Shown piece after piece: positions 38,889 to 49,350 of a stretch of 64,000 nt of DNA. The translations under genes and the position numbers were made by a program. Every line of letters begins with the position of its first letter. Position 1 is the first letter of the stretch. Below the pieces are notes generated by a model, which worked only from the letters and a program-made list of their open reading frames with translations, had not been told where the DNA came from and did not search any database. Source of the DNA: Myxococcales bacterium (GTDB lineage Bacteria > Myxococcota_A > Polyangia > Polyangiales > Polyangiaceae); NCBI GenBank assembly GCA_043747615.1, contig JAYTOU010000037.1, forward strand, positions 63,270-127,269. Reading direction: 5' to 3'.

Positions 38889-39616
38889 GACCGTTCGAGG
38901 AGGAGCGCTGCGAGCGCTGCCGGGCGCTCCAGCACCACATTGTGACCGGCGCCGTCGACGACGTGATGACGGCCATGGCGCAGCTTGGGAAGAAGGCGAC
39001 GGGCCACGTCCGTGAATTTTAGATCGAGCTCCCCGCTCACGAGCGCGATAGGCGAGTCGAAGGCGGCGAGAGCGTCTGCGTAGTAGGGCATACGTCCGAG
39101 ACTGAGCGCTCTCATCGCTCCGCCAAGCCGCTGCGCATCGTGACCGAGCCTCTGCGAATGCTGCTCCGCCCGCACTTTTTCGGGTAGTTGAAGCTGGGTC
39201 GCGAAGAGGGGCTGGGCCTCCCACCGCTCGATGAACGCGGCGACGCCTTCACGCTCGATCATCGCCGCCCAGGTGTCGTCCTGCTCGGCGCGCGTGCGGC
39301 GCTCCACCTCGGTCGACAGGCCCACGTTCGCGCCCACGAGCGTCAGCCGGCGGACGAGCTTCGCGTGACGCGCGACGAGCCCAATCGCGAGACGTCCCCC
39401 GAGCGAATAGCCGCACACGTGCGCAGGACGGCCAAGCTCGGCGATCAGCGTGGCCAGGCGATCGACCTCACCTTCGAATGTCTGCGGCGCGGGGAGGAGG
39501 CCGTGCCCGCCGATCGTGGGGCGGATCGACTCGAGCGCCGGCGATAGATGGCTGACGACGTGGTCCCACGTGTTCGGCGACCCATTGAACCCGTGGAGGA
39601 AAACGAGCGGCGTCAT
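38885..39616 (-). CDS. menH: SHCHC synthase (alpha/beta hydrolase)
   Basis: FLHGF, GYSLGGRLA, WEAQPLF, GELDLKF, AGHNV; lies between menD and menC. Confidence 0.9.
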   Translation of the reverse strand: MTPLVFLHGFNGSPNTWDHVVSHLSPALESIRPTIGGHGLLPAPQTFEGEVDRLATLIAELGRPAHVCGYSLGGRLAIGLVARHAKLVRRLTLVGANVGLSTEVERRTRAEQDDTWAAMIEREGVAAFIERWEAQPLFATQLQLPEKVRAEQHSQRLGHDAQRLGGAMRALSLGRMPYYADALAAFDSPIALVSGELDLKFTDVARRLLPKLRHGRHHVVDGAGHNVVLERPAALAALLLERS

Positions 39617-41418
39617 CGCGCGAGCTTCGCGCTCACGCTGTCCCACAGGCGTCGGTACTGCTCCGCCGCGCCGCTCTCCGGGACGATCACCTCGATGAGC
39701 GTGCAGCCTGGTTTTTTGTGTGCTTCGCCGAGTGCAGCGCGAAGCGCAGGCTCGGTGGTCACGCGCGCGTACGCGTGGCCGAACAGCGATGCGGCGTGCT
39801 CGAAGTGAATGGGGTGTGGCGTGGTCACGTGCCCGAGCGTGCGCTGGTACAACGCACGGAGCTCTGCATCGCCGTCCGACGGGCCACGACCAAGCGGAAG
39901 TTGCTCGAAGATGCGCCCGCCCTGGTTCTGAACGACGACGACCACGAAAGGCTGCTCCATGTCGCGCGCGAGCATCAGGCTCGATAGATCGTGGAGGAGG
40001 CTCACGTCTCCGATGTAGAGCGTGAAGGGCCGACGGAGCGTCTTTGCGGTTCCGCAGCTGCCGGCAACGTTGCCGTCGATGCCGTTCGCCCCGCGCTGGC
40101 AGAAGACGGCGATGTCGGCGCCCGTCCGCCGCGCGAACGCATCCGCGGTGCGGATCGCGAGGCTGTTGCCGAGCATGAGGGCCGAGCCCGTCGGCAGAGA
40201 TTCGACGACGGCGCGCGCACACGCTCCTTCGTTCAGGCCCTCGGTCGCGGCGAGCACTTCATCGATCGACCCGGCGCAAAGCTTCGCGGCTCCCGCAAAC
40301 GCCTTCGCCCACGCGGTGACTGCGCCTCTGCCAGCTGCGCGCGCGGCAAGCGAAGACAGGATCGCGCTCACGTCGCCGAACAGGATGTGCGACGCGGAGC
40401 TCGTCGGATCGAGCCATGCGCCGTCGGAGATGATCGCCCGGGCCGCATCGCACTTCGCTGCAGAATAGTTTTCCCAACCGCTGGACGTCGGGGTCGATCC
40501 GATCTGGATGATTAGGTCCGGTGTGTGCGCTTGCGTGAACGCCTTGGAGCGGAGAATGGTGTCGAAGCCGTCGCAGAGGACCACGCCTTCCGGCACTGGC
40601 GAGAGTCGCAGCTGGCTCGGAAGCTCGCAAAATAGGGGAAATCCCGTCTTGGCAGCGAAGGCGAAGACTGCCTCGCGCGCGTTCGCGAAATCCACGGGGG
40701 CCGGACCGCAGACGATCAGCCCACGCTCTTTCTTCGCGCACAGCTCGAGAACCTCGTCGAGGGCGGTGGCATCCGGGAGCTTGCGGGGAAGCGACACACG
40801 CGGAACCGGACGCGCGCGGACCGCCGCCGCCGCCACGGCAAGTGCTTTCGCCGGCTCGCTGGTGACCTGCAGCTTCGGCTCGAGCGGTTTGTCTGCCCGA
40901 GCGTTGATGTGGACGACGCCGGGAAGCGGATACCGTGTGGCGACGACGCTCTGAACGACCATGCGACGAAGGGAGCGAAGCGAGGCGACGGCGTCACTCG
41001 GGGCACCGAGATCGATGAATTTGCGCGCATGCTCGCCGAAGAGCTTGGTCTGATCGATCGTCTGCGAGGCGCCGCAATCCATGAGATCGTGGGGGCGATC
41101 GGCGGTGACCACGATCAGAGGTAGCCCGCTGGCGTTCGCCTCGATGGCCGCGGGAAAGTAGTGGGCTCCCGCCGTTCCGGAGGTGCACAGGAGGACGGAG
41201 GGGAGGCCGCTTGCCCGCGCCTGACCGAGCGCAAAGAAGGACGCCGCTCGCTCATCGATGATGTCGTGCAACCGAAGGCGCGACTCGCGGACCGCCGCGG
41301 CGACGAACGGCGTCGAGCGCGATCCCGGGCTCATGACGATGTCGCGAACGCCTGCGTCCGCGAACGTGCACATCAGGATCGACGCCCATTCGCTGAGCAA
41401 ATTCTCCGGAATCGTCAT
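39613..41418 (-). CDS. menD: SEPHCHC synthase (TPP-dependent)
   Basis: SPGSRSTP, DERAASFFALG, CTSGTA, TADRP, GNSLAIR, RGANGIDG, GDVSLLHD, NQGGRIF. Confidence 0.96.
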   Translation of the reverse strand: MTIPENLLSEWASILMCTFADAGVRDIVMSPGSRSTPFVAAAVRESRLRLHDIIDERAASFFALGQARASGLPSVLLCTSGTAGAHYFPAAIEANASGLPLIVVTADRPHDLMDCGASQTIDQTKLFGEHARKFIDLGAPSDAVASLRSLRRMVVQSVVATRYPLPGVVHINARADKPLEPKLQVTSEPAKALAVAAAAVRARPVPRVSLPRKLPDATALDEVLELCAKKERGLIVCGPAPVDFANAREAVFAFAAKTGFPLFCELPSQLRLSPVPEGVVLCDGFDTILRSKAFTQAHTPDLIIQIGSTPTSSGWENYSAAKCDAARAIISDGAWLDPTSSASHILFGDVSAILSSLAARAAGRGAVTAWAKAFAGAAKLCAGSIDEVLAATEGLNEGACARAVVESLPTGSALMLGNSLAIRTADAFARRTGADIAVFCQRGANGIDGNVAGSCGTAKTLRRPFTLYIGDVSLLHDLSSLMLARDMEQPFVVVVVQNQGGRIFEQLPLGRGPSDGDAELRALYQRTLGHVTTPHPIHFEHAASLFGHAYARVTTEPALRAALGEAHKKPGCTLIEVIVPESGAAEQYRRLWDSVSAKLAR

Positions 41419-41525
41419 CAACAAACCTCCGCCCTCGCATCATAGACGCGCCAGGGAGCGGGCGGAAAGCGCGGGCTTCGGAGACACCGTTTCGACGCGC
41501 TCGTCCGTGGTATTGAGTGGGGTAC

Positions 41526-43004
41526 ATGCGTAGGAGGCAGGTGAGCCGTGGCGCGGCATGCGCCGTCGTAAGCGCGGCGCTCGTGTTCGTGAGCGCAAGC
41601 GCGCGCGCCCAGTCTCCACCGATCACCAAGAACGATTTCGCGCTCGAGTTCTACCAAGGCCCGCTCGTCGCGCCGACGCGGGTCATCGGGTTGGGTGGCG
41701 CTTACACGGCCTTGGCGGAAGGGGTGGAGTCGACAGCCGCGAACGCCGCCGGTCCCGCGGTCCGCGAAGCCTACAGCCACGAGTGGCTCGACTACGACGT
41801 GGACCTCGACGTCGGCTTTCCCGGCTTCAACGACTACATCGGGACGGACTTCAACAACCGCGGCCCGAAGGGCAATGCGCTCACCCTCGGTCGCGTCTCC
41901 AACTTCATTTATCTTCACGCGGGCGCGCAGGTGCAGCTTGGTTACTTCGGCGCGTCGGTCAGCGCCGAGCTTCTTCGCTACACGCTCTCCTCAGCCGCCG
42001 CGGGGAGACCCGGGCTATCGCTGCAGTACGGGCGCTTTCATGCGCTCGCCGCGTACGGCTTCAAGGACGATCAGCTCGTCCTCGGCGCTGGCCTTCGCGC
42101 CATCTCCCTCCAGGTCTCGCAGGAAGGAGGAGGCATCCTCAACGGGCAGACGCTCCTCACGATGACCGGCGCCTCTCCGGAGGTCGGTGCCCTCATTCGC
42201 CCTGACAACGAGCGTTGGCGCATCGGCACCACCCTTCGATTTCCGGTGAGTGGCTCCGGCATCGGATCGAACACCACGACCACCGACAGCAACGGCGTGC
42301 ACAGCGCTGGCGCCTTCATCCTTCCGCAGAAGGTGGTGATGCCATGGGAGCTCGACGTAGGGCTCGCGTTCCAGCTCGGCCCGCGTCCGCTCAATCCTCC
42401 GTGGATCAACCCGCACGAGCACGAAGCACCCGTGCGCAAAGACATCGACGACGCCCGTGCAGCACGAGAGGCTCACCGGCAAGAGCGGCTCCGGGCGATG
42501 CCGGTCGCGGAACGAAAGCGCTGGGACGATTTCTGGCTCCTGCAGGAGCACGCCATTCGAGAGGTCGAGAAAGCGCACCTCGAGGCCGAGTCGGAGAGGC
42601 TCCTTGCGGAACGAAAAGCGCGCTTCGAAAATTGGCCGAGGCCGCGGATCTTACTCCTCGGATCGCTCCTGATGACGGGAGCAAGTGACTCGGCCGTGGC
42701 CCTCGAAGGATTTTTTGATCAGCGGCGCGAGCTCGTGGGAAGAAGCGTTTCGTTCTCACCGCGCGCGGGGATCGAATCCGAGCCGGTGATCAACTGGGTC
42801 GTCGTCCGTGTTGGTTCGTACATCGAACCTTCGCGTTTCAGCGATGGTTTTTTTCGCCAGCACTTCACCTTCGGGGGCGACGTGAAACTGGCTTATTTCA
42901 GCCCGTTTCACATCTTCGGTGATCAGATTTGGCGCATCAGCGTCTACTCCGACGTCGCTCCTCGTTACACCAACTGGGGCCTAGCCATCGGCGGCTGGCA
43001 CTGA
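41526..43004 (+). CDS. Exported hypothetical protein, probable outer-membrane beta-barrel (FadL/OmpP1-like N-terminus)
   Basis: Signal peptide (ARA-Q); RVIGLGGAYTALAEG...NAAG; many amphipathic strands; C-terminal aromatic. Confidence 0.6.
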   Translation: MRRRQVSRGAACAVVSAALVFVSASARAQSPPITKNDFALEFYQGPLVAPTRVIGLGGAYTALAEGVESTAANAAGPAVREAYSHEWLDYDVDLDVGFPGFNDYIGTDFNNRGPKGNALTLGRVSNFIYLHAGAQVQLGYFGASVSAELLRYTLSSAAAGRPGLSLQYGRFHALAAYGFKDDQLVLGAGLRAISLQVSQEGGGILNGQTLLTMTGASPEVGALIRPDNERWRIGTTLRFPVSGSGIGSNTTTTDSNGVHSAGAFILPQKVVMPWELDVGLAFQLGPRPLNPPWINPHEHEAPVRKDIDDARAAREAHRQERLRAMPVAERKRWDDFWLLQEHAIREVEKAHLEAESERLLAERKARFENWPRPRILLLGSLLMTGASDSAVALEGFFDQRRELVGRSVSFSPRAGIESEPVINWVVVRVGSYIEPSRFSDGFFRQHFTFGGDVKLAYFSPFHIFGDQIWRISVYSDVAPRYTNWGLAIGGWH

Positions 43005-43007
43005 GCT

Positions 43008-44699
43008 TCAGGGGAGCGCCAAAACGGGCTTCGAACGACCCGCGGGGCCGGTGTTCGTGGTCGCTCCGCCAGTGCCTCCGGCCGCGCCCGTGGACGGGAC
43101 GGTGCATGCGTTCGTTGGCGTCTGATCGAGGGTGACGATCGTAGCCGCGGCGATGCACGCGCTCGGACCGCCGGCGCCGCCAGCGCCCGCTCCTCCCGCA
43201 CCACCCATCGTTCCATTCCCTCCGGCGCCGCCGCTCGCGCCGTCGTCAGCGCCGTTTCCGCCGCCGAGGCCGAGACCGGGATTGCCGCCGTTTCCGCCCG
43301 ACCGGCCGACGCCGCCGACGCCGCCGAGCGCTGCGCTCAGCACGTTCTGGCCGACGATCGCCTGGCCGGATTTGATGCTGACCGCGATGCTGGCGCCGCC
43401 GCCTTGGCCGCCCGTTCCGGAGGTGCCGCCGCATCCGCCGGTGCCGCCGGAGCCGCCGCCTGCGCCTTGATCTCCGTAGCAAAAGCCGCCGTTCGTTCCG
43501 CCGCCGCCGCCGCCGCCACCACCACCTGCATTTCCTGCGGAGCCCGCGCTGCCGCTGCCTCCGAGACCGGGGACGTAGAGCGCGTCGGCGCTGAGGCCAT
43601 TCAGCTGGGGAGGAACGCCGCCGTTGCTTCCGGGCGTCCCCGCTTCCGACGATGTACCCCCCGGTCCGCCGCTGCCGCCGCTTGAAAACCCGCACGTGCT
43701 GTTGCCGCCGCCGCCGCCTCCGGGAGTTGCGCCCGCGCCGCTCCCCCAGCCGCCGCTGAGCCCGCCGGATTGATCCCACCCGCCTTGCCCGCCGTTGCCC
43801 CCCGAAGGCGCGTTGCACATGGCCGAAACCGTGGTGGCCCCTCCGTACGATCCCCCCTGTCCGCCGAGTGGACCGCAGCGACTGCACGCATCGGCCCCGC
43901 GGGCGCCGTCGGTTCCGCGCTGACCGTCGGAGCCGAAGGCGCCTGCCGCACCGCTGTGCGCTGCGTCGGCGGCGATGCCGTTGTAGCGAAGAATCAACTT
44001 TGCGGCGCCCCCCACGTGACGCACGCCGTAGACACCGGCTCCGTCGTTCTGTCCATCGGGCGTGAGCGCGTGGATGTTGAGGCCTTCCACCATCGTGTCG
44101 GCGTCGATCAGCTGCGAAAGAATGACGGTACCCTTGTTGGTGAGGGTGGTGGTGGCCGTCGCCGCGCGGCGAAATGCGAACGCCGGATCTTTGGAATCGA
44201 AGCCGCCGTAGAGGTTCACCCCCGAGAGGAGCGTCACCTGACCGGTGAACGTTTCGCCTGCCAGGCATACGCTAGAACCACGGCTTTTCCCGAGAGTGAG
44301 CGCGAAAACGATGGTCTTCAAGGGAGCGGTGCGGCTACCGCCCGCGGGTGCGTCGGTGCCTTCGTTGGAGACGAAGAGGCACGCGGCGACGACGCCATCG
44401 CTGCCATCACAGTTCTCGTCGACGAAGTTTGGGTCGATCGGATCGAGCGGCGCCAGCGGCCCGGGCGTGCACTTGTAATCGCAGGGGTTGGTCAGGGTGA
44501 CGTACCCGGCCATGCAGCCGCCATCGACCGAGGGATTTCCCCCGGGGCCGACGTAGCCGGCGTCGTAGTACTCGGTGGGCCCAGCCTCGCCGAGCGTTGC
44601 CGGTGTAGCGGGGACGTCTCCCGCGGTGGCGCATCCGTGGGCGCCGACGAGCGCCAACAACAGGCCGGTGGTCAACCCGATGCGGGACAAATGGGTCAT
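43008..44699 (-). CDS. Gly-rich (PGRS-like) exported lipoprotein
   Basis: AHGC lipobox; DENCDG motif; GSRTAPLKTI (DUF1565-like); long GGxGG tracts. Confidence 0.75.
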   Translation of the reverse strand: MTHLSRIGLTTGLLLALVGAHGCATAGDVPATPATLGEAGPTEYYDAGYVGPGGNPSVDGGCMAGYVTLTNPCDYKCTPGPLAPLDPIDPNFVDENCDGSDGVVAACLFVSNEGTDAPAGGSRTAPLKTIVFALTLGKSRGSSVCLAGETFTGQVTLLSGVNLYGGFDSKDPAFAFRRAATATTTLTNKGTVILSQLIDADTMVEGLNIHALTPDGQNDGAGVYGVRHVGGAAKLILRYNGIAADAAHSGAAGAFGSDGQRGTDGARGADACSRCGPLGGQGGSYGGATTVSAMCNAPSGGNGGQGGWDQSGGLSGGWGSGAGATPGGGGGGNSTCGFSSGGSGGPGGTSSEAGTPGSNGGVPPQLNGLSADALYVPGLGGSGSAGSAGNAGGGGGGGGGGTNGGFCYGDQGAGGGSGGTGGCGGTSGTGGQGGGASIAVSIKSGQAIVGQNVLSAALGGVGGVGRSGGNGGNPGLGLGGGNGADDGASGGAGGNGTMGGAGGAGAGGAGGPSACIAAATIVTLDQTPTNACTVPSTGAAGGTGGATTNTGPAGRSKPVLALP

Positions 44700-44756
44700 G
44701 CAGGCGCGATGATGTACTGGTTCAACCACTTTGCAAACCCCCAACGGAAATAGTGT

Positions 44757-45701
44757 CTACGTGGGGCCTAGCACGTTTCTCAAGTGCGCGATGAGACGCC
44801 GGAGGCCCTCTTCGACCGCTACGCTCGGCGCATACCCCAGCTCGGCGCGCGCCTTCGAGATGTCCGCCAGCGATTCTCGAATATCGCCCGCGCGTGGGTC
44901 CGCGTAGATCGGTTGCGCGTCGCCTCCCGCAATTCCGCGCACCAAGCTCCAAAGGTCGTTCAGCGTGGTTCGTTTCCCGCAGCCGACGTTGTACGCGTTG
45001 CCCGAGACGCCGCTCGCCGTCGCCGCACGGTAGTTCGCTTCGGCCACGTCCGCCACGTAGACGAAGTCGCGGCACTGGCCTCCGTCTCCAAATATTTTCG
45101 GTCGTTCCCCCTTGAGCGCGCGGTCGACGAAGATGCTGATCACGCCCGAGTACGCGGAGGACGGATCCTGCCGCGGACCGAAGACGTTGAAGTAGCGAAG
45201 GGCCACGGTCTCCACGCCGTAAAGCTTCGCGAAGATCTGCAGGTAGTACTCGCTGGCGATTTTTTCGACGCCGTACGGAGAGAGGGGGGACGGCGCCATC
45301 CGCTCCGACTTCGGGAGCGTCGGCTCTTCGCCGTAGATGGCGGCGGAGGACGCGAAGACCACCCGTTTCACCCCGCGTCGGCGCGCAGCCTCGAGGACGT
45401 TGATCGTCCCTTGCAAGTTTACGTCGTGGGTCTCTTGAGGATGCTCGACGGAGTACGGGACGGAGACGATCGCCGCCTCGTGAAAAATCACCTCGCAGCC
45501 AGCCGCATGAAAATCAAGCTGGGGCGCGTCGCGAACATCGGCCTGGACGAACTCCACGTGCTTCGCGATCGCCGCAAAATTCTCGGTCTTTCCGGTGGTC
45601 AGGTTGTCGAGGATGCGAACCTGGTGCCCCTCTTTGACGAGCCGCTCCGCGATGTGCGAGCCGATGAACCCAGCCCCCCCGGTGATCAAGGCTTTGAACA
45701 T
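44757..45701 (-). CDS. NAD-dependent nucleotide-sugar epimerase/dehydratase
   Basis: TGGAGFIGSH, ASSAAIYG, YGVEK, RYFNVFGPRQDP, RDFVYV. Confidence 0.93.
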   Translation of the reverse strand: MFKALITGGAGFIGSHIAERLVKEGHQVRILDNLTTGKTENFAAIAKHVEFVQADVRDAPQLDFHAAGCEVIFHEAAIVSVPYSVEHPQETHDVNLQGTINVLEAARRRGVKRVVFASSAAIYGEEPTLPKSERMAPSPLSPYGVEKIASEYYLQIFAKLYGVETVALRYFNVFGPRQDPSSAYSGVISIFVDRALKGERPKIFGDGGQCRDFVYVADVAEANYRAATASGVSGNAYNVGCGKRTTLNDLWSLVRGIAGGDAQPIYADPRAGDIRESLADISKARAELGYAPSVAVEEGLRRLIAHLRNVLGPT

Positions 45702-45837
45702 GGCGCAGCATATTCCGGGCGCGCGCTTTCGCGATGCTCGATCTGGATTTCTGGATCTTTCTGCTCGGACGACCGCGGACCTCAAAATAGTCTCCAAGAA
45801 AGTTGCCGCCTGAGCCGGCACGCGGGATTCTTGGAGC

Positions 45838-47322
45838 GTGGGATTACTCGGGCATTGGCTGGTTTTTGGTGCATCGATCTGCGTCTTGGCCGTCTCCGTG
45901 CCGGGGTGCACAGACAAGAACACGCCCGCGCGCGTAGAGGCGCCGACCGCGTCGAGCGGCGCAACCAGCGACGCATCGAAGCCCCCCGAGGGTGCAACGG
46001 CCACGACCCCGCCCCCTGCGCCCGCACCCGAGAAGAGCCCGCACGGAAAATTCGTGGAGTGGCTCAAACCACGCTTGCCGCTCGGTGGCTCGGTGGTGGA
46101 GCAAGAGCCGAACGGCCCGAAGGTCGTGCACAAACTCTCGTCGACCGACACGCCTATGTCGATCGCCAAAGCGTACATCGATCTCACCGATGTGTACGGC
46201 CAGACGGAGCTCGCGGGGATCATCTCGAAGGAGAATCCGACGCTGGCCGCAGGCGGGTCGCTCACCATTCCTCATCTCATCGCGGCGCCGTACAAGACCC
46301 CGGAGGAGGATCGCCTCGGCATCCCAGCCGACAGATCCCTTCGCGCGGTCTTCGTTACCGGAGCCTACGCGGGCGTTCGCTGGATCGACACCCTCGACAA
46401 GGTCGCCGCGCGGAACATGAACGCGGTGGTGCTGGACGGCAAAGATTACATGGGGCCGATCACCTACCCCACCAAGGTGAAGATCGCGCTCGAGGCAGAC
46501 GCCACGATGAAGAGCGTGCCCATTCCGGATCTCGCGCGGGCGATCCGATTTGCCCATGCGCGCGGCGTCCGCGTGATCATGCGCCTCCCCTGTTTTCACG
46601 ATCCGTGGACGGCAAAGAAGCTCCCGCGCCTATCGATTCAAGGTACATGGGGAAAAGCATTTCCCATGGGGTGGCTCGATCCGACGAACGTCGAAGCGCA
46701 GGACTACGTGATCGATCTCGCAAAAGAGATGATGGACGCAGGCGCCGACGAAATTAATCTCGACTACATTCGCTTCCCGGTCCATGGCGGATTGAAGAGC
46801 GCGATCATGCCGCCCGGTCGCAACGGCGAGCGAACGAAGATCATCCGCAACATCGTGCGCCGCGTCCACGAAGTCACCAAGCTGCGCAAAGTCTCGCTCT
46901 CCCTAGACATCTTCGGGGTGACCACCACCGGCGAGCGCGACGACATCGAGATGCTCGGTCAGGACATCGTTCTGCTCGGTCCCGAGTGCGAAGCCCTCGC
47001 GCCCATGGTGTATCCCTCACACTATGATGCCGGCTACCACGGGTGGGCCGAGCCCGGGAACCATCCCGAGATCGTCGGCATCGGCACTAAGGGCGCGGTC
47101 GCCCAGCTTCAAGCTGCGAAGGCGAAGGGTTGCGTCATCCGCTCCTGGCTCCAAGCCTTCTCCTGGAAGACCCCCGAGTACGGCCCGAAGTATCTGGTGG
47201 AAGAGGCCAGGCAGGCGGAGCTCAATGGCGGCGTCGGCTGGATGATGTGGAGTCCATCGAACGAGTACAGCGCGGCCTGGCGAGGCTTTCCCCCAGTGAA
47301 CGCAGCGGCGACGACAAAGTGA
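45838..47322 (+). CDS. Lipoprotein, LysM-like domain + putative glycoside hydrolase (DUF4015-like)
   Basis: VPGC lipobox; DTPMSIAKAY...LTIP; NAVVLDGKD, WLDP, DEINLDYIRFP, PMVYPSHY, SWLQAF. Confidence 0.8.
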   Translation: MGLLGHWLVFGASICVLAVSVPGCTDKNTPARVEAPTASSGATSDASKPPEGATATTPPPAPAPEKSPHGKFVEWLKPRLPLGGSVVEQEPNGPKVVHKLSSTDTPMSIAKAYIDLTDVYGQTELAGIISKENPTLAAGGSLTIPHLIAAPYKTPEEDRLGIPADRSLRAVFVTGAYAGVRWIDTLDKVAARNMNAVVLDGKDYMGPITYPTKVKIALEADATMKSVPIPDLARAIRFAHARGVRVIMRLPCFHDPWTAKKLPRLSIQGTWGKAFPMGWLDPTNVEAQDYVIDLAKEMMDAGADEINLDYIRFPVHGGLKSAIMPPGRNGERTKIIRNIVRRVHEVTKLRKVSLSLDIFGVTTTGERDDIEMLGQDIVLLGPECEALAPMVYPSHYDAGYHGWAEPGNHPEIVGIGTKGAVAQLQAAKAKGCVIRSWLQAFSWKTPEYGPKYLVEEARQAELNGGVGWMMWSPSNEYSAAWRGFPPVNAAATTK

Positions 47323-47837
47323 TGCCGATGCCCCGCGCGCTCGTCGTCTGCGTCGTCGCGCTCTCGGCTGGCTGTCTGAAGAAGAAGGCCGCGCCTGCGG
47401 ATGCTGGACCGGTCGTCACCGTAGTCGAGACCAAGAGCGAAACGCCCTCGCCGGTCGAGGCCGACCCCGCGGAAGACCTGCGCGCCGCCTGGCTTCACAC
47501 CGATCTGAACGGCCGCGACAACGACGTAGCTTCGTACCGGAAAGTCACGATCACCACCGACGACAAGGGCGCGCGGAAGGTCGTGATCAAGAACCAGTTC
47601 GGGCTCACGTGCGCGTTGTTCTTCGACGGCGAAGGGCGGCCGGGGGTGATCACCGGCTGTAAGGGCGAGGACGGATGGCACTCGAGCACCCCGCGAATCA
47701 AGCTGACGTGCGGGCTGTCGGCGACCGCCGAGACCTGCCGCGGAAAGTACACGCTCTCCGACAACAGCGGCTTCAATGATCCAGCGGTGCTCGAAATCGT
47801 GCGGCCGCTCAAGAGCATCGACGCCGGACGCAAATAG
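47322..47837 (+). CDS. Hypothetical lipoprotein
   Basis: LSAGC-LKKK lipobox; TGATG overlap with upstream stop. Confidence 0.65.
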   Translation: MPMPRALVVCVVALSAGCLKKKAAPADAGPVVTVVETKSETPSPVEADPAEDLRAAWLHTDLNGRDNDVASYRKVTITTDDKGARKVVIKNQFGLTCALFFDGEGRPGVITGCKGEDGWHSSTPRIKLTCGLSATAETCRGKYTLSDNSGFNDPAVLEIVRPLKSIDAGRK

Positions 47838-47889
47838 ACGAGGGCTCTGTCTTGATCCCGCCCGGCCAGGCCCGTAAGACGCGGGGCCA

Positions 47890-48525
47890 ATGGACCGTAC
47901 GAAGATCGATCGAGAGCTCGCCGACGCCGAAGAAGTGAATGCCGGGGATCCCGAGCGCGCCGAGCTTCTCGCGCGAGCAAGGCGCTTTAAAAATAGCTGG
48001 ATCGAGCTTGCAGAAGGGCTCACTCAGGTGCGCAAGAATGGGCGCTGGAAGCGGTGGGGTCACGAGTCGTTCGAGGAGTACGCGAAGAAGGAGCTGCACA
48101 TTCGGCAGGAGACGGTCGACAAGCTCACGGGCTCGTTTCTCTTCCTGCAAAAGCGCGCGCCCGAGGTTCTTCAGCGCGACGGAGTGAGCGCATCGATCCC
48201 AAGCTACCAGTCGGTCGACTTTCTCCGCCGCGCCGAGTCGCAGGAAGGTGCGCCCGAGGAGGCCGTCGAGGCCGTTCGCAAGCGTGTCATCGAGGACAAC
48301 GCGCCGCATGCCAGCATCGTGCGCCAGTACGCCGACACCGTCTTTCCGATCAATGAGTCGGAGAAAAAACAACGCGACGCGGCGGGTCTGAAGAACGTCG
48401 CCACGCGCCTGCGCGAGCTCCTCGGCGAGACGCGCGCCGTACCGAAAAAGCTCGCCATCGACGTGAGCTCGTCGCTGGAGCGTCTCCTCGAAGCGCTCGA
48501 CGCCGCGGCCGAACGCGCCGCCTAG
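47890..48525 (+). CDS. Hypothetical helical cytoplasmic protein, possible HTH
   Basis: Plausible composition; WGHESFEEYAKKELHI motif. Confidence 0.7.
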   Translation: MDRTKIDRELADAEEVNAGDPERAELLARARRFKNSWIELAEGLTQVRKNGRWKRWGHESFEEYAKKELHIRQETVDKLTGSFLFLQKRAPEVLQRDGVSASIPSYQSVDFLRRAESQEGAPEEAVEAVRKRVIEDNAPHASIVRQYADTVFPINESEKKQRDAAGLKNVATRLRELLGETRAVPKKLAIDVSSSLERLLEALDAAAERAA

Positions 48526-49331
48526 GCCGATCGCTTGCTCTGAGCCTTGACGACGCGGGCGGCGAGGCCGACGAAGGACGCGGGGACGGCGCGCTTCAAA
48601 CGCCAGAACCAGCGTCCGTCCGCCATCGGCACGCAGTACAGATCGCCGCGCTCCACGGCAGCCAGAGCGATCTGCGCGACCTCGTCCGCGGTCTTCCCGC
48701 CGTCGACGAGGCGCTGCGCTTGGCGTTTCAGCTTCTCGTCGGAGAAGCGCCCCGACGCCACGATGTTCGTCTGGAAGAACGTCGGACAAAGAACGGTCAC
48801 GTCGACCCCGCGGCCATGCATCTCGCCGCAGAGCGTCTCCGAAAGAGCAACCACGCCCGCCTTCGCGACGTTGTAGGCGCCCATGCGCGGAGCCGAAAGG
48901 AGACCGGCCGCGGAGGCCATGTTGAGAATGTTGCCGGAGCCCTGTTTCTTGAGGAGCGGCGCGAAGACGTGACAGCCGTAGATCACTCCCCATAGGTCCA
49001 CATCGAGGGTCCAGCGCCATAGATCGATGGGCATCTCCCCGATGAGACCGCCGCTCGAGACGCCGGCGTTGTTCACGACGAGATCGATGCGACCGTCGCA
49101 GGCAGCGGCGAGGGCCTCGATGTCTGCGACGCGGGTGACATCGCACGTCATGGCCTTCACCGATGGTGCGCCCGCGTCGCGGCACAACGTGGCGGACTCC
49201 TCCACACTGCTGAGATCGCGATCCGAGAGGAGGAGCCTCGCCCCGCGGCGCGCGAGCACGAGACCAAGGGCGCGGCCGAAACCACTCCCCGCACCGGTGA
49301 TGACCGCGAACGGCGACGCAGGCAATTTCAT
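48522..49331 (-). CDS. SDR family oxidoreductase
   Basis: TGAGSGFG, NNAG, YNVAK. Confidence 0.92.
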   Translation of the reverse strand: MKLPASPFAVITGAGSGFGRALGLVLARRGARLLLSDRDLSSVEESATLCRDAGAPSVKAMTCDVTRVADIEALAAACDGRIDLVVNNAGVSSGGLIGEMPIDLWRWTLDVDLWGVIYGCHVFAPLLKKQGSGNILNMASAAGLLSAPRMGAYNVAKAGVVALSETLCGEMHGRGVDVTVLCPTFFQTNIVASGRFSDEKLKRQAQRLVDGGKTADEVAQIALAAVERGDLYCVPMADGRWFWRLKRAVPASFVGLAARVVKAQSKRSA

Positions 49332-49350
49332 GCCGCGAGCCTATCAGGTC

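Noticed and set aside
43008..43980. GC-rich repeats as a DNA repeat element
   Set aside because: Explained by Gly-rich coding sequence of the PGRS-like protein
44757..46268. 503-aa epimerase with long N-terminal extension
   Set aside because: The extension overlaps the divergent gene; the Rossmann motif begins right after ATG 45701, which has a -10 box
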